NCBI RefSeq assembly: GCF_006345805.1
Contig: NC_042999.1
Span: 87,854,001-87,918,000, forward strand
Source of the DNA: Octopus sinensis
Lineage: Eukaryota
Length of the DNA stretch: 64,000 nucleotides
Reading direction: 5' to 3'
Of this stretch, positions 62,681 through 64,000 are shown in pieces. Both the position numbers and the translations under genes were made by a program. The stretch's first letter is position 1, and the number at the start of each line of letters is the position of its first letter. The notes beneath the pieces are model-generated. The model was not told the DNA's origin. It saw only the letters and a program-made list of their open reading frames with translations, and ran no database searches.

Positions 62681-64000
62681 AACCTCATTAATTATTGTTA
62701 TTTTGAAGTTGTAATATGTGTTAAGCGATTTCTGCCATTGTTAATTCCGCCGTTTCTTTTGTATAATGCTGTAGACGTATCTATATTGCTGATTAAATTT
62801 ATCATAAGCTTTTAGTATATAATATCAGACATTAACTCAGATGCTCTTGGTGTCCTCCAGGTGTAACGCAATTTTCTTTTACAAAAGGCTAAAGTAAATA
62901 CAAATATCAATTAAATTGAGAATTTACAAATAATTAGATATTGCTTAAAACTTTAAAAAAAAAAGAAAGAAAATTAAAACATGAAATGCATTTTTCTTCA
63001 ATAATGTTTCGATGATTCATAGTAATTTGCAACTTCCTGACGCCTGTTGTAAAAGAAAATAAAAAAGTCCTTTGCTTTAGAAAGAACTATATAATTGCCT
63101 TGTTGATGAGAAAGTCAACTTCTCGCAGATATATTGTTTAATTAATTTTGCATTAAATTTCATGTAAACACTCCATGATCAGAACTGCGAAGTTATTCAA
63201 TAAATACAGATCTAATGAACAATTTTACTATTAGATGCTAACAATGAAGTTCAGCTTTGTCAAATCAATAATAGATTTTATCTTTTCTTATTCTTTTTTT
63301 TATTGGGAATATCATTAATTAATGTTTAGACGGCGCCATAATTTTTTAACAATGAATTGAGTGAGCCTATTCAGCTATCATAATGGACGGTATATTGTCT
63401 AGCGCAACACTGCGACACTTCTCAAACTCCAATCTGTGATATTTCTCGTTCGACTATGTAGTTAAATTATCTTAAATAAATTTACAATATCGCACCTGAA
63501 AGTTTATGTTTCATTGATGTATTTTAATCGCTATAATCCTTATATCTGACAATCACATGCTTCTTCCAGAATTTAACATAAAACTATTTTTAAGATTTAA
63601 CCGACTTATAACAAATTAATCCACCACAGTTTACTACTTATTAGTTAATTTTATTTTTGATTTGTTATTTCATTTTTCTTTCATCTAAGCGTTGAACCTT
63701 ACGGATGTTTTGTGTTTTCAAATTACATAATATGTTCATCTAATTAAGTTACTTTGTTGGTATTGCTATCTTTATAACAATGTTTGGGTAAAAACTGTGC
63801 AACAAGAAATTTGTGGTAAATATCTGAGGTAAATAATAAAGAAAAAAATATGTCTTAAGCAGATCTGCGAAATCTGAAACTTTTCGAAGCCACCAGGACT
63901 ATAAGATAAACGCGATTTATATATATATACATATCTTGCGAACCTGGTAAAAAACACAGTTCGTTTAGAGAACAAAAGCATGAATTAGTTGTACATATTG

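Noticed and set aside
63770-63910. Possible mariner right end (AAACTTTTCGAAGCCACC)
   Set aside because: No transposase motifs or matching left TIR in the window.

Overview
AT-rich eukaryotic DNA that is dense in microsatellites and old transposable elements (TEs). The SINE families, repeat density and TE mix suggest an octopus/coleoid cephalopod intergenic or intronic region; this is an inference, not a database match. No host protein-coding gene can be identified. A few splice-bounded open segments are flagged at low confidence, and nearly all short ORFs in the track are microsatellite or TE artefacts. Recognisable content: (1) a near-complete dead mariner (887-2107) plus five other Tc1/mariner relics; (2) an internally deleted Academ-like element (XPG-like and Cys-rich segments, imperfect TIRs); (3) tRNA-head SINEs of two families; (4) CR1/L2-group LINE fragments, one ending in the same tail as the main SINE family; (5) a 7-kb head-to-tail train of six Dong/R4-clade retrotransposon copies, mostly joined at (AAT)n tracts, one of them full length; (6) Penelope-like element (PLE) remnants. 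The most notable signal is RNA-structural: several unrelated minimal hammerhead-ribozyme (HHR) motifs with palindromic helix III. Two lie in inverted-repeat insertions. One is a TSD-flanked palindromic element at 9689-10117 with an HHR on each strand. The other is at 27414-27734 and carries a long-stem-II GUC hammerhead.
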